Shown here: positions 9,753-18,696 of the stretch, piece by piece
Layout: every line of letters begins with the position of its first letter
Numbering within the stretch: position 1 is the first letter of the stretch
NCBI GenBank assembly: GCA_041751875.1
Contig: JBGSIC010000032.1
Span: 41,118-105,117 of the forward strand
Direction: 5' to 3'
Source of the DNA: Bdellovibrionota bacterium
GTDB taxonomy: Bacteria > Bdellovibrionota > FAC87 > UBA2466 > JACKAF01
Length of the DNA stretch: 64,000 nt
Program-made: the position numbers and the translations under genes
Notes under the pieces: model-generated
Databases searched by the model: none
Seen by the model: only the letters and a program-made list of their open reading frames with translations
What the model was told of the DNA's origin: nothing

Positions 9753-10679
9753 GTGGAGGATCGATTGAATAAATTGTTTTCTGAAGAAGCGTTGACCATG
9801 CTCGGGCTTACGACGGCACGCATCGCTGTGTGGGTAGTTTGTTCGTTTATCGTCTGGCTATTGGCCAAACGGTTGGTCGATCGGATGGAGAAAAAGATTC
9901 TAGCCAAAGCGCAAGTAGAAGGAGAACCCCCCACCGAAAGCGCAAGACGCATTGATACCCTAGGCCGACTATTGCAACAGGGAATATTTTTGCTCCTCAT
10001 TGGAGTCGTTACATTAGGAGTATTGCGGGAAATAGGAATTGAAATAGGGCCGATACTCGCCAGCGCCGGAGTCGTGGGCTTAGCGGTGGGCTTTGGAGCC
10101 CAGAACTTAGTGCGTGACATCATCTCTGGTTTCTTTCTTCTACTGGAGAATCAGGTGCGGGTGGGTGATGTCGCCACGGTGAATGGGACCGGTGGCCTTG
10201 TGGAGGAGCTCAATTTTCGCACCATCGTTTTGCGAGATCTCTCTGGAGTGGTGCATGTCTTTCCCAACGGATCAATCACTACGCTATCGAATCAAACGCG
10301 AGGTTGGTCGGGTTATGTCATGGAGATCGGCGTTGCCTATAAAGAGAATATTGATCATGTCATTGCTGTGATGAAAAACGTCTCAGCGGATATGAAGAAA
10401 GATCACAGTTGGGGCCGTTTCATGCTGGAAGTAATAGAAGTGTTTGGTGTTGATTCCTTTGCTGACTCCGCAGTGGTCATCAAAGCGCGGTTGAAAACGC
10501 GCCCTCTCAAGCAATGGGACATTGGGCGAGAGTATTTAAAACGCCTTAAAGTGGCTTTTGATAGTGAAAAGATTGAGTTTCCGTTTCCCCAGCGCACGCT
10601 GACGATAGGGGCCGGCATGGGACCGCTGCTGGAAAAAATCTTCTTGAGCAAGCAGGAAAAGCCAGTGCAAAGTGCGTAG
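9753..10679 (+). CDS. Small-conductance mechanosensitive channel (MscS family)
   Basis: LASAGVVGLAVGFGAQNLVRDIISGFFLLLENQVRVGD and C-terminal IEFPFPQRTL. Confidence 0.9.
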   Translation: MEDRLNKLFSEEALTMLGLTTARIAVWVVCSFIVWLLAKRLVDRMEKKILAKAQVEGEPPTESARRIDTLGRLLQQGIFLLLIGVVTLGVLREIGIEIGPILASAGVVGLAVGFGAQNLVRDIISGFFLLLENQVRVGDVATVNGTGGLVEELNFRTIVLRDLSGVVHVFPNGSITTLSNQTRGWSGYVMEIGVAYKENIDHVIAVMKNVSADMKKDHSWGRFMLEVIEVFGVDSFADSAVVIKARLKTRPLKQWDIGREYLKRLKVAFDSEKIEFPFPQRTLTIGAGMGPLLEKIFLSKQEKPVQSA

Positions 10680-10696
10680 GAGTTTGATTGTGTGAA

Positions 10697-13600
10697 CTAG
10701 CCCGTCGTAAGCATGCCGCACGCAATGCCCACTAAGGTCTCTCTGAGAAGTCTCTCGTTTTTCTGTTGAATTGCTTTTACTTGGAGAAGATTAAGCACGT
10801 GGATGTAGGGAGCTCTTAATCGAATGCTTTCTCCCAACCAAGGCCGATACCACAACAAGTTCCGGCTGTCGGACAAAGCATGTACGCACGCCACCGATTT
10901 GTGGAATTCCTCGCGAAAGGCGTTGGTAAGATGGGTGACCGCGTCTTTGTTGGCTTGCGCTCGCAGGTAGACTTCCCAAACATCCAAGTCAACCTTGGCT
11001 AGGGTAAAACCCAAGCCCTTAACAAAGGAGGAAAAAAACGCGTCTTTGCCAACGAGTTCTTTCAACTCATTTTTTTCATCGCGGGTAAGCTTTTCCCAGC
11101 CCGTACCCACTCCCCACCATGACGGCCACAGACAGCGCGTTTGTGTCCAGCATAAAACCCATGGAATGGCCCGCAGGGATTCGATGGAAAAAGACCCGGG
11201 TGCTCGGCGCTTTGCCGGTCGCGATCCAATCGCCAAAAGATCCAGATAATTAAAAGGGGTGGCATCTAACATGGTCAAAAGGGTTTTGCTGTCATTAACC
11301 ATCGCGCGGTAGCTTTGCTCGACGCTAGCCGCTAACTTTAAAAGGGCGGGGGGTTCCTTAATTTCCTCTTTGCGGGCGGGACGTAGGCGGACTTCATTGC
11401 TTAAGTGGAGGCACTGCGAATCGAGGATCTCTTTGGTCGCAAAGAGGCGCTGAATCATCTCGCCTTGCACGGTCAATTTAGGGAGGGCTACGGCGGCGGT
11501 TGACCACCACGAAATCTGCTCGCGTAGGCTGCCTCCCCCCCGCGCTACGCTTCCGCCAGCCCCGTGAAACAAGATGGGAATCAGACCATTCTTTTTAAGA
11601 ACTCTTTGGACCTCATTCATCGCACGCCGAATGAGCAGGCGACTGGAAAGCACTCCAATCTCTTTTGAAGAATCCGAGTAGCCCAGCATGACTTCAAATT
11701 TCGCCGCCCAATCTTTCTTGACCCCCGCTAAATTGTTTGGCTGAGAAAGCCAATCGTTGAGAATTGCCGGCGCGTTTCGTAGAGATTGCTTGCTTTCCAA
11801 AAGGGGGATTACGCGCAAGGTTTTCATTTCGCGAACGATTGCGGTCAGCTTTCTGGCATTAGTCAGATCCGCTGCCGATTCACAGTGGGAAATAATAAGT
11901 CCGCGTGCGTAGGCGGTGGGGGGCGATTTGCCTGCTAGGCTACTTAAGGTCTCAAGCATCTTACGGATGGGAGCGGAAGGTTTTCCTAGCGCTTCCGTAA
12001 TTTGGGCGGCATTTTCGCGGAGTTCAATGGGGAAGACGAGTGCCGGGAAAAGTGCCGTGATTCGGCCAATCAGAAGAACTTCATGGTGCCTTCTTTTTAC
12101 GAGTGATCCCGTCTCCTTCACCCTTTCAAACTGGGATATCCACTTGCGTACCCGTACTCCGTCTCCGGGGCGCAACGTACGTAGTTGGGGAAGTGCCGAA
12201 CGTAAGGCGCTAAGCTCTTTGAGTTCTCCCCCTTTTTTTGCTGCGTCGGGCAAGGCACTTAAGTCGTCGAAGACCTGCGTGAGCTTTTCTTCGATGGCAT
12301 TTAACAAATGAAGGCGAGAGTTCTGAAAGCAGGCGCGCATCACGACGTGGTCGACGCCGGGATGCCCGTCTTTGTCGCCGCCCACCCAAGTGCGAAGTTT
12401 GAGCGTGTACCCACGCTTGTGTTGCAAAATAAAATCGAAGAGTGGCTCAGCAAAAATGAGAGAAAAAATATAGTCGGCCTCGTCCATGACGCTCGGCGTT
12501 TTTTGTTTGGCCAAGGGATGCAGCCAAAGGAAACGTAAATGACTGGAGATTGCCTCCTCATTGAACACAAAATTGTTTTCCAGACCATCAAGGAGAAGCA
12601 GCATCAGAAGTCGAAACTTCGATAGTGCCATGGCTGAGCGCGCTTCAGTAGGGTGAGCGGTTAACACAAAAATGAGGTCTATTTGCGAAGCAAGGGAAGC
12701 TGCCTTTGGCCGTTGTCTCTGCCTCCAGGTACGATAGGCTGCCTCACACATGTTGATAGATTCGAGAAGAAGAGAAAAAGCATGGGCTGTGCGAAAACGA
12801 TCGGCTTCGTTGATTTTTGCCAGCCTTGCTTCTATATCGGCCAAAAGGGGCCCCGAGTTACCAGTTCGGGCTTTTTTGAGTTGTCGGCGGCAGGCTTCAA
12901 TATGATCGTAAAACTCTTGTCCTTCATATTCTCGAATGACGCCGCCGATGAGCAAGGTGATCTTGCGAACGAGCTTTCTTAGTTCCCGAGGAGTCTCCCG
13001 GGGAATAAATTTTTTCTCCTTGAGAAAAGCCCGAACGCTTTCTTCTTGTTTCTTGATATCGCGAAGTTTGGCGATTTTTGGGTTAAGCCATTCAATTACC
13101 GCTGCGTAGTCAAGTGTTTCGGGGTCGTTGAGGCTGTAGTTCTTTGCCACATCAATCACGACAAAGCCTTCATTTAATTGAAAACTCACCGTGGGGTCGT
13201 AGATTTTCTTCTCAACTACTTGGCGCGTATACTCTTCGGGCGAAAGCTTATCGGCGTATTTGCTATACCCCCGCAGGCGCGCACCCGCTCGAATTCTTTT
13301 TAAACCATATTTCTCCGCCAGCTCCCGTCGCGCTTGGTATAAGCGCTTGCCGATGCCTTTCCCTCGGTGCTCGGGATCGACCATCACTTCCGCGCCATAA
13401 AGCGTCTTTCCCTTTTTGGGATCGTGATTGTGAAAAAAACCACCCGAGGTAAAATCCTGCCAATTATCCTGCGGCGAATAATCACTCCAATGGATAATAA
13501 GACTGAAAGCAAAGCCTAAAAGTTGATCGGTTTCGGTATCGATAGCTAGAAATTGGCCATCTCTGAAGTAGGCTTGGTGTGACTGTAGTTGCGCCAAAGA

Positions 13601-13708
13601 CCAGGGCTTGATCTGTGGATAGACCTTTTTACAAAGAGCCTGGATGGCTTCAAAGTGTCTGGGTTCGGGATGGACAATGGTAATGAAATCAACGGGGGAG
13701 GGAGACAT
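10697..13708 (-). CDS. ppc: GNAT N-acetyltransferase fused to phosphoenolpyruvate carboxylase
   Basis: N-terminal ~210 aa are GNAT (YGAEVMVDPEHRGKGIGKRLY). PEPC motifs follow: VLTAHPTE, WVGGDKDGHP, MLGYSDSSKE, FHGAGGSVARGG, TVQGE, GSRPAKR, LRAIPWV. Confidence 0.85.
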   Translation of the reverse strand: MSPSPVDFITIVHPEPRHFEAIQALCKKVYPQIKPWSLAQLQSHQAYFRDGQFLAIDTETDQLLGFAFSLIIHWSDYSPQDNWQDFTSGGFFHNHDPKKGKTLYGAEVMVDPEHRGKGIGKRLYQARRELAEKYGLKRIRAGARLRGYSKYADKLSPEEYTRQVVEKKIYDPTVSFQLNEGFVVIDVAKNYSLNDPETLDYAAVIEWLNPKIAKLRDIKKQEESVRAFLKEKKFIPRETPRELRKLVRKITLLIGGVIREYEGQEFYDHIEACRRQLKKARTGNSGPLLADIEARLAKINEADRFRTAHAFSLLLESINMCEAAYRTWRQRQRPKAASLASQIDLIFVLTAHPTEARSAMALSKFRLLMLLLLDGLENNFVFNEEAISSHLRFLWLHPLAKQKTPSVMDEADYIFSLIFAEPLFDFILQHKRGYTLKLRTWVGGDKDGHPGVDHVVMRACFQNSRLHLLNAIEEKLTQVFDDLSALPDAAKKGGELKELSALRSALPQLRTLRPGDGVRVRKWISQFERVKETGSLVKRRHHEVLLIGRITALFPALVFPIELRENAAQITEALGKPSAPIRKMLETLSSLAGKSPPTAYARGLIISHCESAADLTNARKLTAIVREMKTLRVIPLLESKQSLRNAPAILNDWLSQPNNLAGVKKDWAAKFEVMLGYSDSSKEIGVLSSRLLIRRAMNEVQRVLKKNGLIPILFHGAGGSVARGGGSLREQISWWSTAAVALPKLTVQGEMIQRLFATKEILDSQCLHLSNEVRLRPARKEEIKEPPALLKLAASVEQSYRAMVNDSKTLLTMLDATPFNYLDLLAIGSRPAKRRAPGSFSIESLRAIPWVLCWTQTRCLWPSWWGVGTGWEKLTRDEKNELKELVGKDAFFSSFVKGLGFTLAKVDLDVWEVYLRAQANKDAVTHLTNAFREEFHKSVACVHALSDSRNLLWYRPWLGESIRLRAPYIHVLNLLQVKAIQQKNERLLRETLVGIACGMLTTG

Positions 13709-14585
13709 GATCCACTGCTTTCAACATTTCTTCCGTACTCACGCTATCGCGAAGGGGGAAAACGGTCCCATCCTGGCGCGTTTTGTCGATAAGCGATAGG
13801 TCGAGGTCACCGATAATCATGCTCTCCTGATTGGGGGCCCCTTCGGCGAGTAGCCCATCACGTGCAAAGGAATAATCGCTCGGAGTGTAAATAGCGGCTT
13901 GGCCGTAGTTTAAGCAAACAGCGGGCACCATGGGTAAAGAACCTACTGTAGGGGAATGGATTACATACATCTGGTTTTCAATGGCGCGGGCCTGCGCACA
14001 ATAACGGACGCGCAGATAACCCTGCCGATCGTCAGTGCAGCTCGGAACAACCAAAAAATGAGCACCCAACCGAGCCGCCGCTCTGGCGATTTCGGGAAAC
14101 TCCACGTCATAGCAAATCGCCACCGCAAATTTGCCCAAACTCGATTCAAAAAGTCGGAGTCGGCTGCCGGCCGTTACAAACCATTCCTCTTTTTCAAAAC
14201 GCGTCATGTGCAACTTTGCCTGAACATTGTGGCTTCCATCACGCGCGTATACGTAGCAGCGGTTGAAAACGGTTTCCTGATTGTCGTCAAAACCGGGTAC
14301 CGTTCCGCCCACGATGAGCATGTTGTGCTTTTTTGAAAGACCGGAAAAGAGCTCTACAATGCGAGGCTCCTGCCGCGCCAAATCGTGAATCTGTTCTTTC
14401 ATCGGACGCTTCACGTCACCCAGGGTGAGAAGCTGAGTCGAAAAGTACTCAGGAAAAACAAGAAGGCGCACCTTATAATCTTTGGCCGTCTCGACCATCG
14501 CTTCCACTTGAGCTTGGAATTCCAAAAAGGATTTGACGGGGCGAACGAAATACTGAATGGAAGCAACGCGAGTAGTTTCCGACAC
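13689..14585 (-). CDS. Carbon-nitrogen hydrolase (nitrilase superfamily)
   Basis: FPEY (Glu), KLHMT (Lys), ICYDVEFPE (Cys) catalytic triad, plus RAIENQ. Confidence 0.9.
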   Translation of the reverse strand: MSETTRVASIQYFVRPVKSFLEFQAQVEAMVETAKDYKVRLLVFPEYFSTQLLTLGDVKRPMKEQIHDLARQEPRIVELFSGLSKKHNMLIVGGTVPGFDDNQETVFNRCYVYARDGSHNVQAKLHMTRFEKEEWFVTAGSRLRLFESSLGKFAVAICYDVEFPEIARAAARLGAHFLVVPSCTDDRQGYLRVRYCAQARAIENQMYVIHSPTVGSLPMVPAVCLNYGQAAIYTPSDYSFARDGLLAEGAPNQESMIIGDLDLSLIDKTRQDGTVFPLRDSVSTEEMLKAVDHVSLPR

Positions 14586-14684
14586 GGGTGATACCTGCCT
14601 TTCAAAGCTTACCTTAACATACTTCTCTCAGTGTTTGGTCCTGGTAGGTTGGTCTTTGGGCGCCAGAAAGTACTCCCGTTTTAT

Positions 14685-15491
14685 CTAGTTCGCGAATAAG
14701 CCCACGCAATAGAACTTACCGTTTCGGCCTTGCGCCATCGCATAGCAGAAGCGCCGGTGAGAGCTCATCATAGCCTGTTTGTGGCCTGAACTTCCCATCC
14801 ATGATTTCACGCATTCTCGCGCGTGCGCTTCAATCCCATTCTCCCAGCCCCAGCTTTCTCCTGATATTTCTGAGGCGGATCCGCCGATTTGGGCGGCTCT
14901 TGATTGCATTCCGGCGTGGCCGTCTTGGCAGCAATTTCTTGCAAGCTTATTGGCGTAATTTTGGGCAACGGAGCAAATGTTACTATCAAGCATCCCATTT
15001 ACGCTGCGACCACCTACTTCGCTAACCGCTTGGATGAGAGCATCGATTGTCGAGCTCGCACTTCCTCGACTTATATTCTTTCCTTGCGAAATCGTACCTG
15101 TCTTTCCATTTTCTGAGGCAGCGAGATACCAACCCTTATTCTTTGCCTGAAAAATGAGATCGCCTTTTTTATAAGTAACGCGTTGTTCATCGTGGCTTAG
15201 GAAAACGCCATCTTTCTTACTTTGGTAGGTAGCTAAAGCATCGTGAAACACACCTTTTTCATCTCGGTACGCAAATTGCGAACCAAACCAGCGACCAATC
15301 TTCGGTTTAATAGATTCGCCTTTTTGACCATTTACGATCGCCTCTACCGGATGACCGCCCTTGGTAAGCGCTTGTTCTTGAGGCGCCGGGGCTTTCTCGG
15401 TTGATTTGGTGGAGGACTCCACAGCATTCAGAGTAGCTGTGAATGCTAGCATTAAGGCAAAAACGAAATGGAAAGTTTTCTCAACGGACAT
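14685..15491 (-). CDS. Secreted CAP/SCP domain protein
   Basis: Signal peptide from MSVEKT; C-terminal AQNYA..H..E...WMGSSGHKQAM CAP motif. Confidence 0.65.
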   Translation of the reverse strand: MSVEKTFHFVFALMLAFTATLNAVESSTKSTEKAPAPQEQALTKGGHPVEAIVNGQKGESIKPKIGRWFGSQFAYRDEKGVFHDALATYQSKKDGVFLSHDEQRVTYKKGDLIFQAKNKGWYLAASENGKTGTISQGKNISRGSASSTIDALIQAVSEVGGRSVNGMLDSNICSVAQNYANKLARNCCQDGHAGMQSRAAQIGGSASEISGESWGWENGIEAHARECVKSWMGSSGHKQAMMSSHRRFCYAMAQGRNGKFYCVGLFAN

Positions 15492-15728
15492 GACTGACTC
15501 CTCTTCTGGAAGGATTAACGAAGTGGGACCTGCTTCAGGAACGTGAATCTTCATGAAGGCGAGTGATCCCTAGTGACAGGGCCCTTCGTAAATTGTGAGA
15601 ATCAGTACGTCAACCCTTAAGGAATGTTACGCATTCGCACTCACCGTTCTCTCATACCAAACACAGCTATATACAAATTCCCTTCCAAAATTAGGCCATC
15701 GTGCTAATACCACGTGCAGGAGGCGTTT

Positions 15729-16967
15729 ATGCGCGCTTTATGGATGTTAACCCTCTGGATTTCTCTTCCTGCCTATGGTGGGAACCTTTCCGAGTTACTC
15801 GCAAAAAATCGCCAAAGCGAAGTTCCAAAGTTCACCTACTCGTTCGACATTCTAGTTGAGAATCAAAATGAGGTACGTCAAACAGTCGCGGAGTTGGAAG
15901 AGTTTGCTATTGGGTGGCTTCCTTATTTGTTTTTGCCGGAGAACCCGAGCCTTTTCGTTTCCGAAGGGGGGCATTATATTTATAGCGCTAAGGCCCAGCC
16001 TTACATCAACCGGATCATTTTGGACGAAAGCGTTTGGAATCATCCACCCTTGAATGCGCAGGGCTTGCTCGGCCATGAATATGGCCATCTAATATTTCGC
16101 GCCAATATGCTACGCCTTTTGAAACGCGAGATGCCCGAGTTGGATCTTGTTCCATTTGCTCAGCTGGCCAGACAGCTTCGTTCCGATTTGCTTCAGCTTA
16201 ATGAAATAAAGACTGAGCTGGAAGTGGCTTATCCGTCCCTTAAGAGCGACGCGCTTTCAGAAGAGCGCATGAACTTGAGTCTTGATGTTCTTCTTCGTTA
16301 CCACGCCATTGCGGGTATCCACGCAGCGGTTTCAAAAGGAAAGGTTCTTGAGGTAGAGGAATATAACGGCGAATATTTAGTAGAGGCTTTTCTGATTTTT
16401 GCCATGGCTGGCGTGCAGGAAGTCTTTTCTGATTTCATAGGAGCAATTTATTCAAAAGACCCAGCCTGCATGGGTACCATTTTAGACCAGCCCCTTTCCA
16501 AAGTTTTTCGAAACTTTGTTCCCGCTCCGGTCATCTTAATTCAAGAGGTGGCCGATGTTTTGATTAACAAAGCGGATCAAGCAGCCCCGCATTTAATTTT
16601 GTTTCAAGCCCGCCAGCAAATTTATCGAGCTTACTATGCACGCAGACACCGTGTGATCGGACAAGACCCGCGCTACGACGCGCTCGTCGCGCAAGATCTT
16701 CTCGAGACGCTGTTCAGCCAATTTTTGAAGGGCTTTACGAACTTAAAGATGTCCATTTCTCATAAGAAATTTACTCAGAACCTTGTTAACGAATTAGTGA
16801 TCAGCACCGTTTTTGAATTAGATGAAAAACTAGATAAAGAAGGCTTTCCGGCGTTGTCCGCCCCAGAGAAGTGTAGCGACAAAGTGGCGGAGTTTCCATT
16901 TACCATAGTCCGTGAGCCGCAGCCAGAGCCCGAAAGCGCTCCCCAAAAGCGGCGGCAGAGCTACTAA
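15729..16967 (+). CDS. Secreted hypothetical protein with HExxH zinc-peptidase-like motif
   Basis: Signal peptide MRALWMLTLWISLPAYG, LGHEYGHL and downstream QEVFSDF; SD aggagg upstream. Confidence 0.5.
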   Translation: MRALWMLTLWISLPAYGGNLSELLAKNRQSEVPKFTYSFDILVENQNEVRQTVAELEEFAIGWLPYLFLPENPSLFVSEGGHYIYSAKAQPYINRIILDESVWNHPPLNAQGLLGHEYGHLIFRANMLRLLKREMPELDLVPFAQLARQLRSDLLQLNEIKTELEVAYPSLKSDALSEERMNLSLDVLLRYHAIAGIHAAVSKGKVLEVEEYNGEYLVEAFLIFAMAGVQEVFSDFIGAIYSKDPACMGTILDQPLSKVFRNFVPAPVILIQEVADVLINKADQAAPHLILFQARQQIYRAYYARRHRVIGQDPRYDALVAQDLLETLFSQFLKGFTNLKMSISHKKFTQNLVNELVISTVFELDEKLDKEGFPALSAPEKCSDKVAEFPFTIVREPQPEPESAPQKRRQSY

Positions 16968-17032
16968 GCATTCTTCATTTCGTTCCTTCTCACTTTTGAG
17001 AAAATGTTCCGTGAGTTTAGCCTTGGTTCTGC

Positions 17033-17048
17033 TGGCACAAGATTTGCT
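17033..17048 (+). promoter_or_regulatory. Sigma-54 (-24/-12) promoter
   Basis: TGGCACAAGATTTGCT matches TGGCAC-N5-TTGCW, about 40 bp upstream of ATG 17087. Confidence 0.7.
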
Positions 17049-17086
17049 AATTCTTGACTGTGAAACTCAGGGGGAGAGCCGAGACG

Positions 17087-17614
17087 ATGTTTCCGGATAA
17101 TCTAGAGCTGTGCCGTGAGGCGATTGTTTTTTCCGGCGCAGTTACGTTGGGCATCCATAGTAATAAGGCAGGTGATCACCATGCTTATACAGACGGGCAT
17201 GCCTGGATCAGTGTTCATACACCCAAGCAAATCTTCTATCTTGGCCTTTGGCCTGACGGGCATCCTAGGGTGGAGAATAAGGATCCCAAGTGTACAGATG
17301 TGCGCCTTAACTATGAAAAGGGTTTCCCTGCGCTCGTCTCGCGCTACTATCGGCTCAATTCCTCCCAGGTGTCTCGCCTTAATGATATTGTTAACAAGCC
17401 GGACGTATGGGGGTATCTCAATACCTGCGCGCGCTGGGCTTCTATGCTAACGGCTTACGTAGTAGGAGTGCGGATTGATGCGGTCGACTACATTTTCTTT
17501 TCCACACCACGAGAACTCGGTCGCCATATTCAGGCACTGGAAATGAAGAACCCGACGTCACCTGTTTTTCCCAGGCAACTTGATCCAACCGATTTTAGGG
17601 GGTCGTCGTGGTAA
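17087..17614 (+). CDS. Hypothetical protein with permuted papain-like His...Cys motifs
   Basis: DGHAWI, YLGLWP and WGYLNTCARWA. Confidence 0.55.
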   Translation: MFPDNLELCREAIVFSGAVTLGIHSNKAGDHHAYTDGHAWISVHTPKQIFYLGLWPDGHPRVENKDPKCTDVRLNYEKGFPALVSRYYRLNSSQVSRLNDIVNKPDVWGYLNTCARWASMLTAYVVGVRIDAVDYIFFSTPRELGRHIQALEMKNPTSPVFPRQLDPTDFRGSSW

Positions 17615-17952
17615 AAGGTTTATTCTCGTTCTTAGTTCTGCTCACTCTTTTAGGGTGCACAAAAATGGATATCTACGAACCCAATCAAATCTACAACGCG
17701 CGCTTTTCTGTATCAGATAAAACACTGCACTATCAGGTTGAGCTCGATACTCTTTATTTCTCTCCTGGTTTAGTAAGAGACAAAAATAAACCGGATTGTT
17801 ATCGGGTGGTGCGCTGCTCAATCAACAAAAAGTGCCCGGTGGATATTGAGAGCTCCATAACAGAAGGTGTTTATAGCGCACAGCTTCCGCAGAGTACCGG
17901 AGAGACGATTTGCTTTGTGGGAAACAGTTCAAAGACTCTCACCCTACCGTAA
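17608..17952 (+). CDS. Small lipoprotein
   Basis: Lipobox LLGC after a hydrophobic stretch; overlaps the upstream stop codon. Confidence 0.6.
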   Translation: MVKGLFSFLVLLTLLGCTKMDIYEPNQIYNARFSVSDKTLHYQVELDTLYFSPGLVRDKNKPDCYRVVRCSINKKCPVDIESSITEGVYSAQLPQSTGETICFVGNSSKTLTLP

Positions 17953-18052
17953 AGTCCCATTGCCGCTATCAAATGTGAGAAACTTTCTCATGATTAGAAT
18001 GCGTTTTTGAAAAGTATCCCCGACATTCTTACATTCTCGTGCTCACAAAGCA

Positions 18053-18068
18053 TGGCACACCGATTGCT
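18053..18068 (+). promoter_or_regulatory. Sigma-54 (-24/-12) promoter
   Basis: TGGCACACCGATTGCT, followed by SD gaggaggg before ATG 18095. Confidence 0.7.
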
Positions 18069-18094
18069 CTTTAGAATGATTGAGGAGGGATTTT

Positions 18095-18628
18095 ATGAAA
18101 ATCCAGTTCAAGAGTCTGTTGTTTGCGATTGTTGTGAGTTTTGCTCTTTCAGGTTGTGGGGGAGCAGCAAGTTCTGTGGCTCCGGCAATTTCTGCTGGGC
18201 CGCCGGTGTTAGACGCTAAATTTTTGGGGCTTTGGGAGCGCAACTACTATCAAGAAATTACAGGTAACAACTGGGGGCATCAGGATTTAGTTCGCGTTCA
18301 TGCCGATAAAATAACCAAGGTCGCCTATCTCGCGGTACATAACATCGAACAAATGAACACCTTGGGGCACGCGACGCTCTATGAGGGGGCAATCGACCTG
18401 AAAGCTGACATTACTGTTGTGAGTGCGAATTCCTTTCGCGTGGATCCCGGTGTTTCAGCCGCCCTTGACCTTCAACCCGAAGTTCCGGGAGGGGGTCATT
18501 TTGGGGCAGGAGTCTATCTCTTCAAAGGTCTCTACGAGCTGGAGATTGCCGAAAATGGAGATCTCCTGATGAAGCTAACAGAGGTGGATGGAAACACCGA
18601 AATCACCCGGTTTGTACCGGGGGGCTAG
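18095..18628 (+). CDS. Hypothetical lipoprotein
   Basis: MKIQFKSLLFAIVVSFALSGC lipobox; strong SD. Confidence 0.7.
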   Translation: MKIQFKSLLFAIVVSFALSGCGGAASSVAPAISAGPPVLDAKFLGLWERNYYQEITGNNWGHQDLVRVHADKITKVAYLAVHNIEQMNTLGHATLYEGAIDLKADITVVSANSFRVDPGVSAALDLQPEVPGGGHFGAGVYLFKGLYELEIAENGDLLMKLTEVDGNTEITRFVPGG

Positions 18629-18696
18629 GTGTAGAGACCTAATTTATAGGGAGGCGCGTCCTTGATGCCCACCGAGGACGCCCTCCTAGATCCCGC

